A model generated the notes under the pieces. The model was not told the origin of the DNA. It made no database searches and worked only from the letters and a program-made list of their open reading frames with translations. Below are positions 19,446 to 28,879 of a DNA stretch of 64,000 nt, in pieces. Each line of letters starts with the position of its first letter. Position 1 is the stretch's first letter. Source of the stretch: Flavobacteriaceae bacterium (GTDB lineage Bacteria > Bacteroidota > Bacteroidia > Flavobacteriales > Flavobacteriaceae); the NCBI GenBank assembly GCA_024762795.1, contig JANTGS010000004.1, positions 4,114-68,113 of the forward strand. The letters run 5' to 3'. The translations under genes and the position numbers were made by a program.

Positions 19446-19694
19446 ATGACTTTACCTAAATTAGAAATGACTTTGCCAAAATATCTTTTGGCTGATAACT
19501 CAGATTTCCCGGATGATATCTATATTCTGCACACGGAATATCCAAGATTTGTTCTCAATCTTAAAAATGATCATATGGAATGGTTTGATGATCTTGAAGG
19601 AGATGAGTCTGAACTTGCAAATGAGATCGCTGCTTTAATAGATGAGGCCAGTACGTTTTACGACAGGGAAATGGCAAACTATACTAAAGATTGA
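19446..19694 (+). CDS. Small acidic hypothetical protein
   Basis: 82 codons from ATG 19446 (alternative ATG at 19467). No recognisable motif. Coding status is inferred only from ORF length and native-like composition. Confidence 0.35.
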   Translation: MTLPKLEMTLPKYLLADNSDFPDDIYILHTEYPRFVLNLKNDHMEWFDDLEGDESELANEIAALIDEASTFYDREMANYTKD

Positions 19695-19708
19695 TCGTTT
19701 AAAGCCTA

Positions 19709-19933
19709 TTAAGTGAGTAATTTCTTTAAGATCTCATCAACCTTTTCAAAATCCTTATCCTTTAAATATAAGTCTATTTCAATAAAAGTACTCATTGGAA
19801 CTTTGAAATTAGTCTGATTTGATTTATCAATTATTTTATACATTATACCTTCGCTTTTTAAATGTACAACAATGCTTCTTAACAATTCAGCATCAAAAAA
19901 AGTTTGATAAAATTTGTAATCTTCTTTTTTCAT
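19709..19933 (-). CDS. Small hypothetical protein (DUF2007-like pattern)
   Basis: 74 aa with an alternating beta-alpha pattern (LLRSIVVHLKSEGIMYKIID..VDEILKKL) reminiscent of small DUF2007 proteins. Confidence 0.35.
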   Translation of the reverse strand: MKKEDYKFYQTFFDAELLRSIVVHLKSEGIMYKIIDKSNQTNFKVPMSTFIEIDLYLKDKDFEKVDEILKKLLT

Positions 19934-20081
19934 AATTTATAAGAATTTAACTGTCCATGCAATCACTGCAGCAGGCAAAAGCTGAGCGAATAATATAAAA
20001 GTAGAAATCCAAACAATATTCACTGTCATCCCAAGATAACTGTATATCAACATTCTGAATATCTAAAATAGGATAAAACCT

Positions 20082-22376
20082 TTATCTCTTCTTCCCGGAA
20101 GCCGGTTGTACCAGTTCCAGTTGTTTTAAATCGGCCTTTGCTGTAAAAAGTCCGTAATTGATCGTAGCGATATTCTTTTCTATCTTTTCTATGGTTCCTT
20201 TGGCATTCCCGTCGATCAGTCTTACACGGTCATCAACCTTAAACTGATAATCGGTTTTTAGAAAATCTGCTCTCTTTTGCTGTTTTTGCTTTTGGATACG
20301 TACTTTTTCAACCTCTTTCAACACTTCTGCTTCAGCACTTTTTAATTCAGCTTCCTTTTGCTTTCGCTCTTCTTCTCTTTGCTTTTTTAAGATTCTTTTT
20401 TCGCGGTTGATCTTCTTTCTTTCTCGGTTGGAAACTGGAATTTTTTCTTCTTTTGAAGTAAGAATCTTAAGTTTAGCGGATTCCTTATCCTTTTTTAATT
20501 TCTCGAATTTTGTCTGCTCTACAGTAACCCATTTCATAAAATCGGAGATCAGTTCTTTTTTATTCTTTCTTTGGAAATAACGGTTGGTAAATTCATTAAT
20601 CTTTCTTCCGTAGGAAAGCATTTTCTGATTGTTGTCATAGAGCTCCTGAAAACTGTTGATCTTTTCCTGAATTTTTTTCTGTTTGGTAAGTAAATCGCTG
20701 CTGCTCTCTTCCGCTTTTGATTTTTCCTGCTCCAGTTTTTCGGCTTTACGCTGCAACTGAAGTCGTTCTTTTTGCAATTTCGCAATGGTTTTGTCCAACC
20801 TGATCTTTTCTTTTTCCACTTTCTTTCTAGCTCTGTTGATCAAACTGAACGGAATTCCGTTCTTTTGTGCTACTTCAAAAGTAAAAGAGCTTCCGGCCTG
20901 ACCAGTATTTAGCTTAAAAAGTGGCTCCAGACTACGTTGATCGAACTGCATGTTTGCATTGATCATTTGTTCCAGTTCGCTGGCCAGCACTTTTAAATTG
21001 GCATAATGAGTAGTGATAATTCCATAGGCTCCTTTTTCGTAAAACTCTTCAAGGAAGATCTCTGCCAAAGCCCCTCCCAGTTCAGGATCACTTCCCGTAC
21101 CAAATTCATCGATCAGGAACAAGGTATTCTGATTACATTTTCTTAGAAAGTTCCGCATATTCTTCAACCGGTAACTATAGGTACTTAAGTGATTTTCAAT
21201 AGATTGGTTATCGCCAATATCTGTAAGCACATTTTCAAAGAAAGAGATCTTACTTTTTTCACTTACCGGAATCAGGATACCGCTTTGAAACATTACCTGA
21301 AGTAATCCTATGGTTTTTAAGGTAATACTCTTCCCTCCCGCATTGGGCCCGGAGATCACAATGATCCGCTGTTCTTTGTTCAGCTTAACGGATTGGGGAA
21401 CAGTTTTTAGTTTATTCCTGTTGTTTTCCTCCCAAAGAATGGGATGGTAAGCATCGATCAGATCGATCTGTTTTTCCTTACTGATCTTCGGTTTACAGGC
21501 ATGAGAATGTAATGCATATCTGGCTCTTGCCGCAACTGTATCGAGGTGTGTAAGATAAGACTGATAGATCAAAAGAAGATCTAGGAAAGGACGTATATCC
21601 TCGGTAAGTTTTTTAAGGATCTTGACAATTTCTTCCTGCTCTTCATACAACAGGTTTTGTATTTCACGGGTATATTGTAAAGTAGATTGTGGGGCTATAA
21701 ATACAATACTCCCCGTTTTTGAACTGCCCAGAATTGTGCCTTTAACTTTTTTACGATGCATGGCCTGTACAGCCAGAACCCTTTGGTTATCCACAACCGA
21801 TTCTTTGATATCATCAAGATAACCTGAATTTGAATACTGGTTTAAGGCTCTTGTAAAACTTGCCCCGATCTGTCCTCTGATGTGATTGATCTCTTTACGG
21901 ATCTGAAAAAGTTCTTCTGAGGCTTTATCTTTAACATCCCCGAAATTAGAAATGATCTTATCAATTTTTTGGATGATCTCTGTGGTGTATTCTAGCTTTG
22001 AGATCTGATGATAAAGTACAGGATAGATCTCCTTATTCTTTCTCAGGAACCGGATCATTTCATTTACCGTTGATGAGATCGAAGATAATTTTAAAAAAGA
22101 AGCCCCTTCCAGAAAACTATCTTCTATTTGTAACAGATGTAATTCTTTGGTAATATCTTCAAAATAATGTTTGGGGATCCGGTTATCAAAACTATACGAA
22201 GATAAATATTCACCGGCCTGGTCCAGTTCATTTAAAACACCCTCCAATTCAGGTAAAGGCCGTAACTTCATAACTTCCATTTTACCTGGTTCTGTAACAC
22301 AATATTCTGAGATCAATTCTAAAACCCGGTTGAACTCAAGATCGTTTAAAGTTTTTTGTGTGATTTTACTTACCAA
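20082..22376 (-). CDS. mutS2: MutS2-family ATPase lacking an Smr domain
   Basis: Walker A ISGPNAGGKSITLKT and DEFGTGSDP motif. Long Lys/Glu coiled coil. KOW-like C-terminus. No IHGKGTG-type Smr motif. Apparent TTG start. Confidence 0.85.
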   Translation of the reverse strand: MVSKITQKTLNDLEFNRVLELISEYCVTEPGKMEVMKLRPLPELEGVLNELDQAGEYLSSYSFDNRIPKHYFEDITKELHLLQIEDSFLEGASFLKLSSISSTVNEMIRFLRKNKEIYPVLYHQISKLEYTTEIIQKIDKIISNFGDVKDKASEELFQIRKEINHIRGQIGASFTRALNQYSNSGYLDDIKESVVDNQRVLAVQAMHRKKVKGTILGSSKTGSIVFIAPQSTLQYTREIQNLLYEEQEEIVKILKKLTEDIRPFLDLLLIYQSYLTHLDTVAARARYALHSHACKPKISKEKQIDLIDAYHPILWEENNRNKLKTVPQSVKLNKEQRIIVISGPNAGGKSITLKTIGLLQVMFQSGILIPVSEKSKISFFENVLTDIGDNQSIENHLSTYSYRLKNMRNFLRKCNQNTLFLIDEFGTGSDPELGGALAEIFLEEFYEKGAYGIITTHYANLKVLASELEQMINANMQFDQRSLEPLFKLNTGQAGSSFTFEVAQKNGIPFSLINRARKKVEKEKIRLDKTIAKLQKERLQLQRKAEKLEQEKSKAEESSSDLLTKQKKIQEKINSFQELYDNNQKMLSYGRKINEFTNRYFQRKNKKELISDFMKWVTVEQTKFEKLKKDKESAKLKILTSKEEKIPVSNRERKKINREKRILKKQREEERKQKEAELKSAEAEVLKEVEKVRIQKQKQQKRADFLKTDYQFKVDDRVRLIDGNAKGTIEKIEKNIATINYGLFTAKADLKQLELVQPASGKKR

Positions 22377-22425
22377 TGTTGTAGTTTTGTTAGATCACAA
22401 AAATAATCAAAAAAATAAGGAATAT

Positions 22426-22433
22426 TATTTTTG
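22426..22433 (+). promoter_or_regulatory. Putative -7 promoter box for ung
   Basis: TATTTTTG matches TAnnTTTG, 23 nt upstream of ATG 22457. Confidence 0.35.
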
Positions 22434-22456
22434 ATGAAACCTTTAATTCGCAACCT

Positions 22457-23122
22457 ATGAATGTAACAATAGCTGAAGGCTGGAAAAGAGTTTTAAAACC
22501 TGAATTTGAGAAGGAATATTTTGAAAAACTGACAAGTTTTGTTAAAGAAGAATATCAAAAATATCAATGTTTTCCCAAAGGAAAGGAGATCTTTGCGGCC
22601 TTTAACCACTGTAATTTTGATGATGTAAAAGTGGTGATCATAGGGCAGGACCCTTATCACGGAGAAAATCAGGCCAACGGACTCTGTTTTTCGGTACATG
22701 ACGGAATTCCGCATCCGCCTTCACTGATTAATATCTTTAAAGAAATTGAAACCGATCTCGGGAAACCTTATCCGCAATCGGGTAATCTGGAACACTGGGC
22801 AGACCAGGGCGTTCTTTTACTTAATGCAACGCTTACCGTTAGAGCGCATCAGGCCGGTTCACATCAAAATAAAGGCTGGGAAAAGTTTACTGATGCTGCA
22901 ATACAATATTTATCTGAACAAAAAGAGAATCTGGTTTTCCTCCTTTGGGGAGGATACGCCAAGAAAAAAGGAGCTAAAATTGACAGTACAAAACATAAGA
23001 TCCTAAGCTCCGGACATCCCTCCCCTCTTAGCGCAAACAGAGGATATTGGTTTGGCAATAAGCATTTTAGTAAAACAAATACTTATTTAAAAAGCGTAGG
23101 AAAGAAAGAAATCAGCTGGTAA
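22457..23122 (+). CDS. ung: Uracil-DNA glycosylase (family 1)
   Basis: GQDPYH water-activating loop, LLLNATLTV and HPSPLSA motifs; 221 aa. Confidence 0.93.
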   Translation: MNVTIAEGWKRVLKPEFEKEYFEKLTSFVKEEYQKYQCFPKGKEIFAAFNHCNFDDVKVVIIGQDPYHGENQANGLCFSVHDGIPHPPSLINIFKEIETDLGKPYPQSGNLEHWADQGVLLLNATLTVRAHQAGSHQNKGWEKFTDAAIQYLSEQKENLVFLLWGGYAKKKGAKIDSTKHKILSSGHPSPLSANRGYWFGNKHFSKTNTYLKSVGKKEISW

Positions 23123-23123
23123 T

Positions 23124-24584
23124 CTATTGGTTAAAAATATCAACGGCTTCAATCTTTTTATCGGCAACAAAATCGTATAAAGTAAGTCTCCGTAAAGTAT
23201 AATAATCCACCCAGAATTTTTCAAGAGAATTAAGGTATTTAACCAGTGCCCTGTCCTTTTCTTCTTGTGCAAGATTTAAATCAGTGATTGTAATTTTTCC
23301 AAGGATATATCTTTTTTTGGTAATATCATATCTTTTATTTGCTATTTCAAGAGCCTTTTCTGTAGTTTCTAAGAAATTCCTCTGATTGGCCCAATTTAAA
23401 GTGTGTAAAAAGATTTCTTGCTCAAACGCCTGATTTTCCTGATCTAAATTGGTTTGGAGCAACTCTAAATTGGCTTTGGCCATTTTTCTTTTAGACTTTG
23501 ATACTCCCCAATCGTAAATTGGAAAACCCAGAGTAACAACTAAATTTTGTTGCTGATCGTAATTGTTAAATAATTCATTCAGTTCGGGGCCATGTTGTGA
23601 TAAACCAAAATTTGCATTTACATTGATTTTTAAACCATTTTCACCTTTTACACGTGCTATTTCCCTTTCAGATTCCAGACGTTTTCGCCTGTATTCAATA
23701 ACAAACTTCCTGTTAGATCTTGCTTCCTCCAATGCTTTTTTGGTATCTACTACAAAATCGTCAAGTCTGTCAGGAATTTGCAACTCAATATTTTCAGTTG
23801 GCAACTCTAAATAACGAGCTAAATCCTGAGAGGTTTTTTTTAATGCAATCATGTTTGTTGTAACTGTATTTTTTGAGTTTAAGAGTCTTAGCTCCATCTG
23901 CAGCAGATCATTTTCTGCAATCTTTCCCATTTTAAACCTACCCTTTGTAATTTGAAATAGAGTATCAAGATTAGAGAGATTGTTATGTGAGATCTTTAAT
24001 TGTATTTGCGATTTTAGCAAGTTAAAATACAATTGACAAGTTCTTAAGGATATCTGTTCCATATTCTCAATAAAGCCTCTTTTTGACTCTTCAAGTAAAA
24101 GAGGTTCTATTTTTTTATCCCATTTATAAGGATTGTAAAATAATGAGTTTTGAAAATAATTAACAGAAAATGGCACTAAAGAATATCCCTGAGAAGCGTC
24201 ATTACCAAAAATGTCTATTCGTTCAATTTGCGAGTTAATGGATAAATTTCCCCCCGTAAATCCGATATTTTGAGAAATAAATAATCTGGCGTCTATACGG
24301 GATTGATTTTGCCTTACAAAAATATCCTCTCCCTGATCATTGGTTATTCTTTTAATCGAATTTGAGTAGGCCGGTAAGGTTGCATTTAATTTGAACTGTG
24401 GTAAAAACCTGGCCCGGAAATTTTGGTTTCTCCAGTAACTTGCTTCACTTCTGTGCAGATTAGCTTTATAATCAGGTGATCTCTCCTGAGCAAGTTTGAT
24501 AGCCTGATTTAAACTTATTTTTTGACTTTGTGCAGAAACTAAAACAGTAGAAAAGAACAAAAAGAAGAGAATGATATTTTTCAT
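23124..24584 (-). CDS. TolC-family outer membrane efflux protein
   Basis: Signal MKNIILFFLFFSTVLVSAQSQ from ATG 24584. Two-fold repeated coiled-coil/beta pattern of the right length. Last gene of the efflux operon. Confidence 0.8.
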   Translation of the reverse strand: MKNIILFFLFFSTVLVSAQSQKISLNQAIKLAQERSPDYKANLHRSEASYWRNQNFRARFLPQFKLNATLPAYSNSIKRITNDQGEDIFVRQNQSRIDARLFISQNIGFTGGNLSINSQIERIDIFGNDASQGYSLVPFSVNYFQNSLFYNPYKWDKKIEPLLLEESKRGFIENMEQISLRTCQLYFNLLKSQIQLKISHNNLSNLDTLFQITKGRFKMGKIAENDLLQMELRLLNSKNTVTTNMIALKKTSQDLARYLELPTENIELQIPDRLDDFVVDTKKALEEARSNRKFVIEYRRKRLESEREIARVKGENGLKINVNANFGLSQHGPELNELFNNYDQQQNLVVTLGFPIYDWGVSKSKRKMAKANLELLQTNLDQENQAFEQEIFLHTLNWANQRNFLETTEKALEIANKRYDITKKRYILGKITITDLNLAQEEKDRALVKYLNSLEKFWVDYYTLRRLTLYDFVADKKIEAVDIFNQ

Positions 24585-24594
24585 GATACTTTGG

Positions 24595-25962
24595 TTATTC
24601 ATGTCGGATTGCATCAATTGGATTTTTATTGGCAGCAGTTTTTGCCGGGATAATTCCAAAAACCAATCCTATAAAAGTTGCGACAATAAAGGATAAAAAA
24701 ATTGAGTTTAAAGATAATACGGTTTCAATACCCGTTGTAAATTCAATAATATAAGATGAGGCAATCCCTACAAAAATTCCTATAATACCTCCTCCCACAC
24801 TGATGAGGACTGATTCAGCAAGAAATTGCAAGATAACATCTTGCTTAGTAGCTCCAATTGCCCTGATAATGCCTATCTCTTTGGTCCTTTCCAAAACAGA
24901 GGCCAGCATAATGTTCATAATACCTATTCCTCCAATTAATAATGAAATACCGGCAATTATACTTAATACAATATTAAAAATCTGTTTTGTCTTTTGCTGC
25001 TGCTTTAATAAGTGTATCGGAATTGAGATCTCAAAATCCAATAAACCATTATGTTGTCTCTTTAACATACGGCTAATCACATTTGCGGTTGCCATTAATT
25101 CATTTGAATTATTTACCTGCACAGTTAGTTTGTCTATTTGGTGATAATTACCTCTTGGTACGTGTTCTTTAGGCCCTGATTCCCCATCTGAAGTCCTGGT
25201 ATTACTATTTTCAGATTCAGATTCTTTATCTACTATTACTTTACGATTTTTATACCTAACCAAAAAAGTCTTTAATGGAATATATACATCGAGGTTAATA
25301 TCTCTGATCCCCAAATTCTCCTGAGCCTTATTTGAAATAATTTTTTCTTCAATTACTCCAATTACTTGTAACCAAACATTTTTAACCTTTATATATTTGC
25401 CCAGTGCATTTGTCGCTGTAAACAGTCTGTTTTCAATCTTTTTACCTATGATACAAACCGGTTTTGCATTGATAACCTGATCTTCGGAAAAATTAGTACC
25501 CTTCGATATAGTTACATTATTAACTTCAAAAAAGGAAGGGTTTATCCCAATTAATTTTACCTCGTTCTGTCTTCCTCTGTTGATCACATAAGTATCCAGT
25601 AATATTTCCGGACTGATTTTTTTTACTGTTGAAATGGTTTCTATTATACTATTTGCATCAATAATATCTAAACCTTTGGAAAACCTGTTGGTTTCATTAT
25701 TTTTATCCTCTTCCGTTTCATCATTCTTTTTTTTATCCGGTATTGGATTTATAACAATATTATTTACACCCACTAATTCCAATTGAGAGAGAATCTCTTT
25801 TTCAGCGCCTTTTCCAATCGCTAACATGGTAATAACTGCAGCTACACCAAAAATAATCCCTAATGCGGTTAAGAAAGTCCTTATCTTATTAGTTTTAATG
25901 ATACGAAGGGCTTCGCTAAAATTAGTTATGAGTTTTTCAAAGAGTATCTTATCAATCATCAT
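24595..25962 (-). CDS. MacB/FtsX-type ABC transporter permease (no fused ATPase)
   Basis: N-terminal TM, large periplasmic domain, and a C-terminal FtsX 3-TM bundle (GIGIMNIMLASVLERTKEIGIIRAIGA). Confidence 0.85.
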   Translation of the reverse strand: MMIDKILFEKLITNFSEALRIIKTNKIRTFLTALGIIFGVAAVITMLAIGKGAEKEILSQLELVGVNNIVINPIPDKKKNDETEEDKNNETNRFSKGLDIIDANSIIETISTVKKISPEILLDTYVINRGRQNEVKLIGINPSFFEVNNVTISKGTNFSEDQVINAKPVCIIGKKIENRLFTATNALGKYIKVKNVWLQVIGVIEEKIISNKAQENLGIRDINLDVYIPLKTFLVRYKNRKVIVDKESESENSNTRTSDGESGPKEHVPRGNYHQIDKLTVQVNNSNELMATANVISRMLKRQHNGLLDFEISIPIHLLKQQQKTKQIFNIVLSIIAGISLLIGGIGIMNIMLASVLERTKEIGIIRAIGATKQDVILQFLAESVLISVGGGIIGIFVGIASSYIIEFTTGIETVLSLNSIFLSFIVATFIGLVFGIIPAKTAANKNPIDAIRHE

Positions 25963-27202
25963 TTAACAATTTGATTCTCTCATTCTCTAAACCCTTTGGT
26001 TCAGTTAAATATACCTCATCATTTTCTTTAAGCCCCTTCCTAATAATCACCTCATTTATATTGCTCTCGCCTAATTCAATTTCTTTTTTAACAACTGAAA
26101 AACCAGATTTAACATAAGCAAATTTAATTGAATCCTTTGAAAATACTGCCTCTAAAGGAACATACAGGACATTATCTTCCGAAAAAGTTAAGATATTATT
26201 TGAGGTGGTCATTCCCGGCCGGATATCTTTGTCGGTTCTTAATAATTTAATTAAGATCTGAAATATTTTAATGTCTGAACCCTTCTTCTTTTCACCAACA
26301 TTAGCAACACTGGTAACTACTCCATCTATTTCAATTTCAGGAAATGCATCAAAACCAACCTTTACAGATAATCCCTTTTTTATTTTTCTGATATCAACCT
26401 CATTGGCATAGGTTTTAGACTCCATCTTTGTCAGATCGGGTAGATTAGCTATGGTTGGATTCCAGGGACTTATTTTAGAACCTACCTTTTTTTTTCTTCC
26501 ATCCCAGTCCTTGGCATAAGTTATCATTCCATTAGAATTTGAGTAAATGGTAAATGATTTTAACAGATTGGTTAAAGAAGTTAATTGTTTTTGAATCTTG
26601 GATACCTTGGTTCCTACTTCAACCATTTTGGCTTTTGCCTGATTTGTTTTGATCTCATAGTTTTCTTTTTTCTCTTTCAGATCTCTTTCCAGTTTATCAA
26701 GTTTTATTTCAAGTTTCCTTATGGTAGCCGGCGTTTCATAAACAGATTGTTTGAGTTCCAGTTTGGTTTCTTCTAGTTCAAAAAGCAGATCTTTTATACC
26801 ATTCCTTTCGGTCTTTAAGGTTAAAGTGGTATCTAATTTCTGCTGTGTATATTTTGATTGAGCCGATTCTAAATTCAGTTTTGTATCAATAATTTGTTCA
26901 TTGACTTCGGTAGGGTCTAACCTTCCAACATAATCCCCTTTTTCAACCATGCTTCCTTCAGCAATTAAATCCTGAATCTTGATATCCCTCAACTTGAACT
27001 TCCTAAGGTTTTCGGGACCGTTAATTTTTATGGCACTTGTAGATTGTGCTTCTCCCGAAATAATTACTTCACTTTTAAAGGTTCCTTTTTTTACCTTTGA
27101 TGTTATATTGATTCTTTCTTCATCATCACTAAAAAAATAAAAATAAGCGATTAATGCAATTAATATTAAAATTCCTGTAGAAATATATTTTTTCTTAAAC
27201 AT
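25952..27202 (-). CDS. HlyD/MacA-type periplasmic adaptor subunit
   Basis: N-terminal anchor, lipoyl-like motif (KGDYVGRLDP), long coiled-coil hairpin, and beta-barrel C-terminus. 11-nt overlap with the permease gene. Confidence 0.8.
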   Translation of the reverse strand: MFKKKYISTGILILIALIAYFYFFSDDEERINITSKVKKGTFKSEVIISGEAQSTSAIKINGPENLRKFKLRDIKIQDLIAEGSMVEKGDYVGRLDPTEVNEQIIDTKLNLESAQSKYTQQKLDTTLTLKTERNGIKDLLFELEETKLELKQSVYETPATIRKLEIKLDKLERDLKEKKENYEIKTNQAKAKMVEVGTKVSKIQKQLTSLTNLLKSFTIYSNSNGMITYAKDWDGRKKKVGSKISPWNPTIANLPDLTKMESKTYANEVDIRKIKKGLSVKVGFDAFPEIEIDGVVTSVANVGEKKKGSDIKIFQILIKLLRTDKDIRPGMTTSNNILTFSEDNVLYVPLEAVFSKDSIKFAYVKSGFSVVKKEIELGESNINEVIIRKGLKENDEVYLTEPKGLENERIKLLNDD

Positions 27203-27269
27203 CTTTTCTTTTTTTGAACCTACCAAATCTACAAAAATAGCAGGTCAATTATGTAATCATTAAGCTGTT

Positions 27270-27558
27270 TTTATTGCACAGAGTCATCTGCTAAACCCTT
27301 CTGATAATAATCTGCATATATCAGCGAAATCGGTGGGATAATTTTAGGAGCGAAAAGGGAGAACGAGTATGTCGAAAGTTAAACCCGCCTTGCCGGCTTG
27401 CCTTGCTGCAAAGCAGGCGAGGCAGAAGTCGAAAATTCTTCGAGTAACTCTGTGATTCTCAGGGAGGGAGACTCTACGAAACCCAAAACAACAAACAAAA
27501 AACAACAAACAGATCTCCAGGAAATAGCGAAAAGGGATTAGTTGTTTTGAAATTTAAA
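27270..27558 (+). repeat. Mosaic GC-rich interspersed repeat, forward orientation, with extra hairpin cassette
   Basis: Same block order as 9756-9990, plus a ~28-nt insertion forming an imperfect hairpin GCCTTGCTGC-AAA-GCAGGCGAGGC (27400-27423). It ends with AAAAGGGATTAGTTGTTTTGAAATTT (27530-27555), the unit-junction motif. Confidence 0.8.
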
Positions 27559-28029
27559 TTACTCCCAGAATTTGGGTTCAAAATCATCAGCCGTTACTTC
27601 TACATTTTCCAGGGAAACCCCTATTTCCTCCAATTCTTCCTCAGAAAGATTTTCCTGTAGCCAGGGAAATAATTTCTTTTCTTCAAACTTTACATGCCAT
27701 TTGATCAAACCGGACAATTCAAAAGCTTTCTCAGTAATATGATCTTTAGAAATTGTAATATCATTAACCAGTGAACAGATCTTTTCATGTTCTGACAAAA
27801 ACTGTTCTTTCAACCCGAAAACTTCGATGTGATGGAGAAAGGATCTTTCTTCATTACTAAAATGCTCATCGAGATAATTACCCCAAAAATTATGAATGTA
27901 TCTTTTTAAAGTTCCTTCATCGGTATTTTTGGCTTTTTGTAACCGGGAAGCAAATATCAGAGCATGATGATGTTCATGAGAAAAAACATATAGATTCTTA
28001 TTTCTTGAGGAGTGGGGATTGATCTTCAT
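27559..28029 (-). CDS. Hemerythrin-like (HHE cation-binding) domain protein
   Basis: 156 aa. His-rich helices (SHEHHHALIF, LDEHFSNEERSFLHH). Confidence 0.55.
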   Translation of the reverse strand: MKINPHSSRNKNLYVFSHEHHHALIFASRLQKAKNTDEGTLKRYIHNFWGNYLDEHFSNEERSFLHHIEVFGLKEQFLSEHEKICSLVNDITISKDHITEKAFELSGLIKWHVKFEEKKLFPWLQENLSEEELEEIGVSLENVEVTADDFEPKFWE

Positions 28030-28103
28030 ATTGACAGTTTTAAGTATAAATTACCCATCAAATTTACTGCAAATAATAATATGACCTGAGAAAGCTAGGT
28101 ATT

Positions 28104-28787
28104 TTAATTCTTGATCACAACCAGTGTAGCAATGTTTCCGGTAAGCATATTCCACTCTTTTTCGGCAATAACATTTCCGGTTTGATCGATAACGATAAAT
28201 TCGGCAGTATTCGGGCCTGAAGAACCCTGATTCAATGCTTCAATATCAATACGGTTAAAACCTTCATCCAGTTCAACATTGATAGCAAAATAACTTCCTA
28301 CAAGACTTACCGTACGGTAAATGATCCTTTTGTTAAGATAAACCCTTACCCGGTCGCCATCAACAAAACTATGATCACGACATTCAATGACAAGCTTTTT
28401 TGAAGCAGTTGAAATTTTACCAAGTTCCTGTCCGTGACTGGTATTCATCTGAGGATTGGTCATATCTTTACCATTAAAATACTTGATCCTCCTTACATCT
28501 TTTTCCGTATGGGTATTTTGCTGATTCATGATACTGCTGGAAACATCGTAATCGGATTGTTTTATAAAAGAAAGTTGTTTATGGTCAGGATTCGGATCGG
28601 CCTTATCACTAAATTTAAGTGTGGAAGGGATCTTTAGACTGAAATCGTACTTAGGCTGAGTTTTTTCACTAACAGTGTCCAGTTTAAAATCCATACCTTT
28701 TATCTGAACAGCATTGTTCTTATCGATCTGAGCGCTCAGACCGGCAGAAGTCAGCAAAAGAATAAAAAGCAGATTTCTAAAAATCAT
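28104..28787 (-). CDS. Secreted hypothetical protein
   Basis: Signal peptide MIFRNLLFILLLTSAGLSAQ; 227 aa. Native-like composition. No motif recognised. Confidence 0.5.
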   Translation of the reverse strand: MIFRNLLFILLLTSAGLSAQIDKNNAVQIKGMDFKLDTVSEKTQPKYDFSLKIPSTLKFSDKADPNPDHKQLSFIKQSDYDVSSSIMNQQNTHTEKDVRRIKYFNGKDMTNPQMNTSHGQELGKISTASKKLVIECRDHSFVDGDRVRVYLNKRIIYRTVSLVGSYFAINVELDEGFNRIDIEALNQGSSGPNTAEFIVIDQTGNVIAEKEWNMLTGNIATLVVIKN

Positions 28788-28879
28788 AGAAAGTCAATTT
28801 TTTCATTGATCTCAGCAAAGATCGTGCTAAAATATATTTTATCAGATTCAATATCGCATTTTTATCTGTTATATTTTTA

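Noticed and set aside
19446-19487. Duplicated ATGACTTTRCCNAAA (MTLPK..MTLPK) at the start of the small ORF, as a possible regulatory repeat.
   Set aside because: It is a single 15-nt imperfect duplication with no other support. It only makes the start codon ambiguous.
19937-20053. 38-codon minus-strand ORF (MLIYSYLGMTVNIVWISTFILFAQLLPAAVIAWTVKFL) that could be a small membrane protein upstream of the 74-aa ORF.
   Set aside because: It is below any length at which I can separate coding from chance in AT-rich DNA, and no motif supports it. Worth checking by conservation, but not reported as a feature.
24585-24659. 25-codon N-terminal extension of the TolC ORF overlapping the permease gene.
   Set aside because: The signal peptide begins at ATG 24584. 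The extension has no signal-like character and would overlap the upstream gene by 65 nt.
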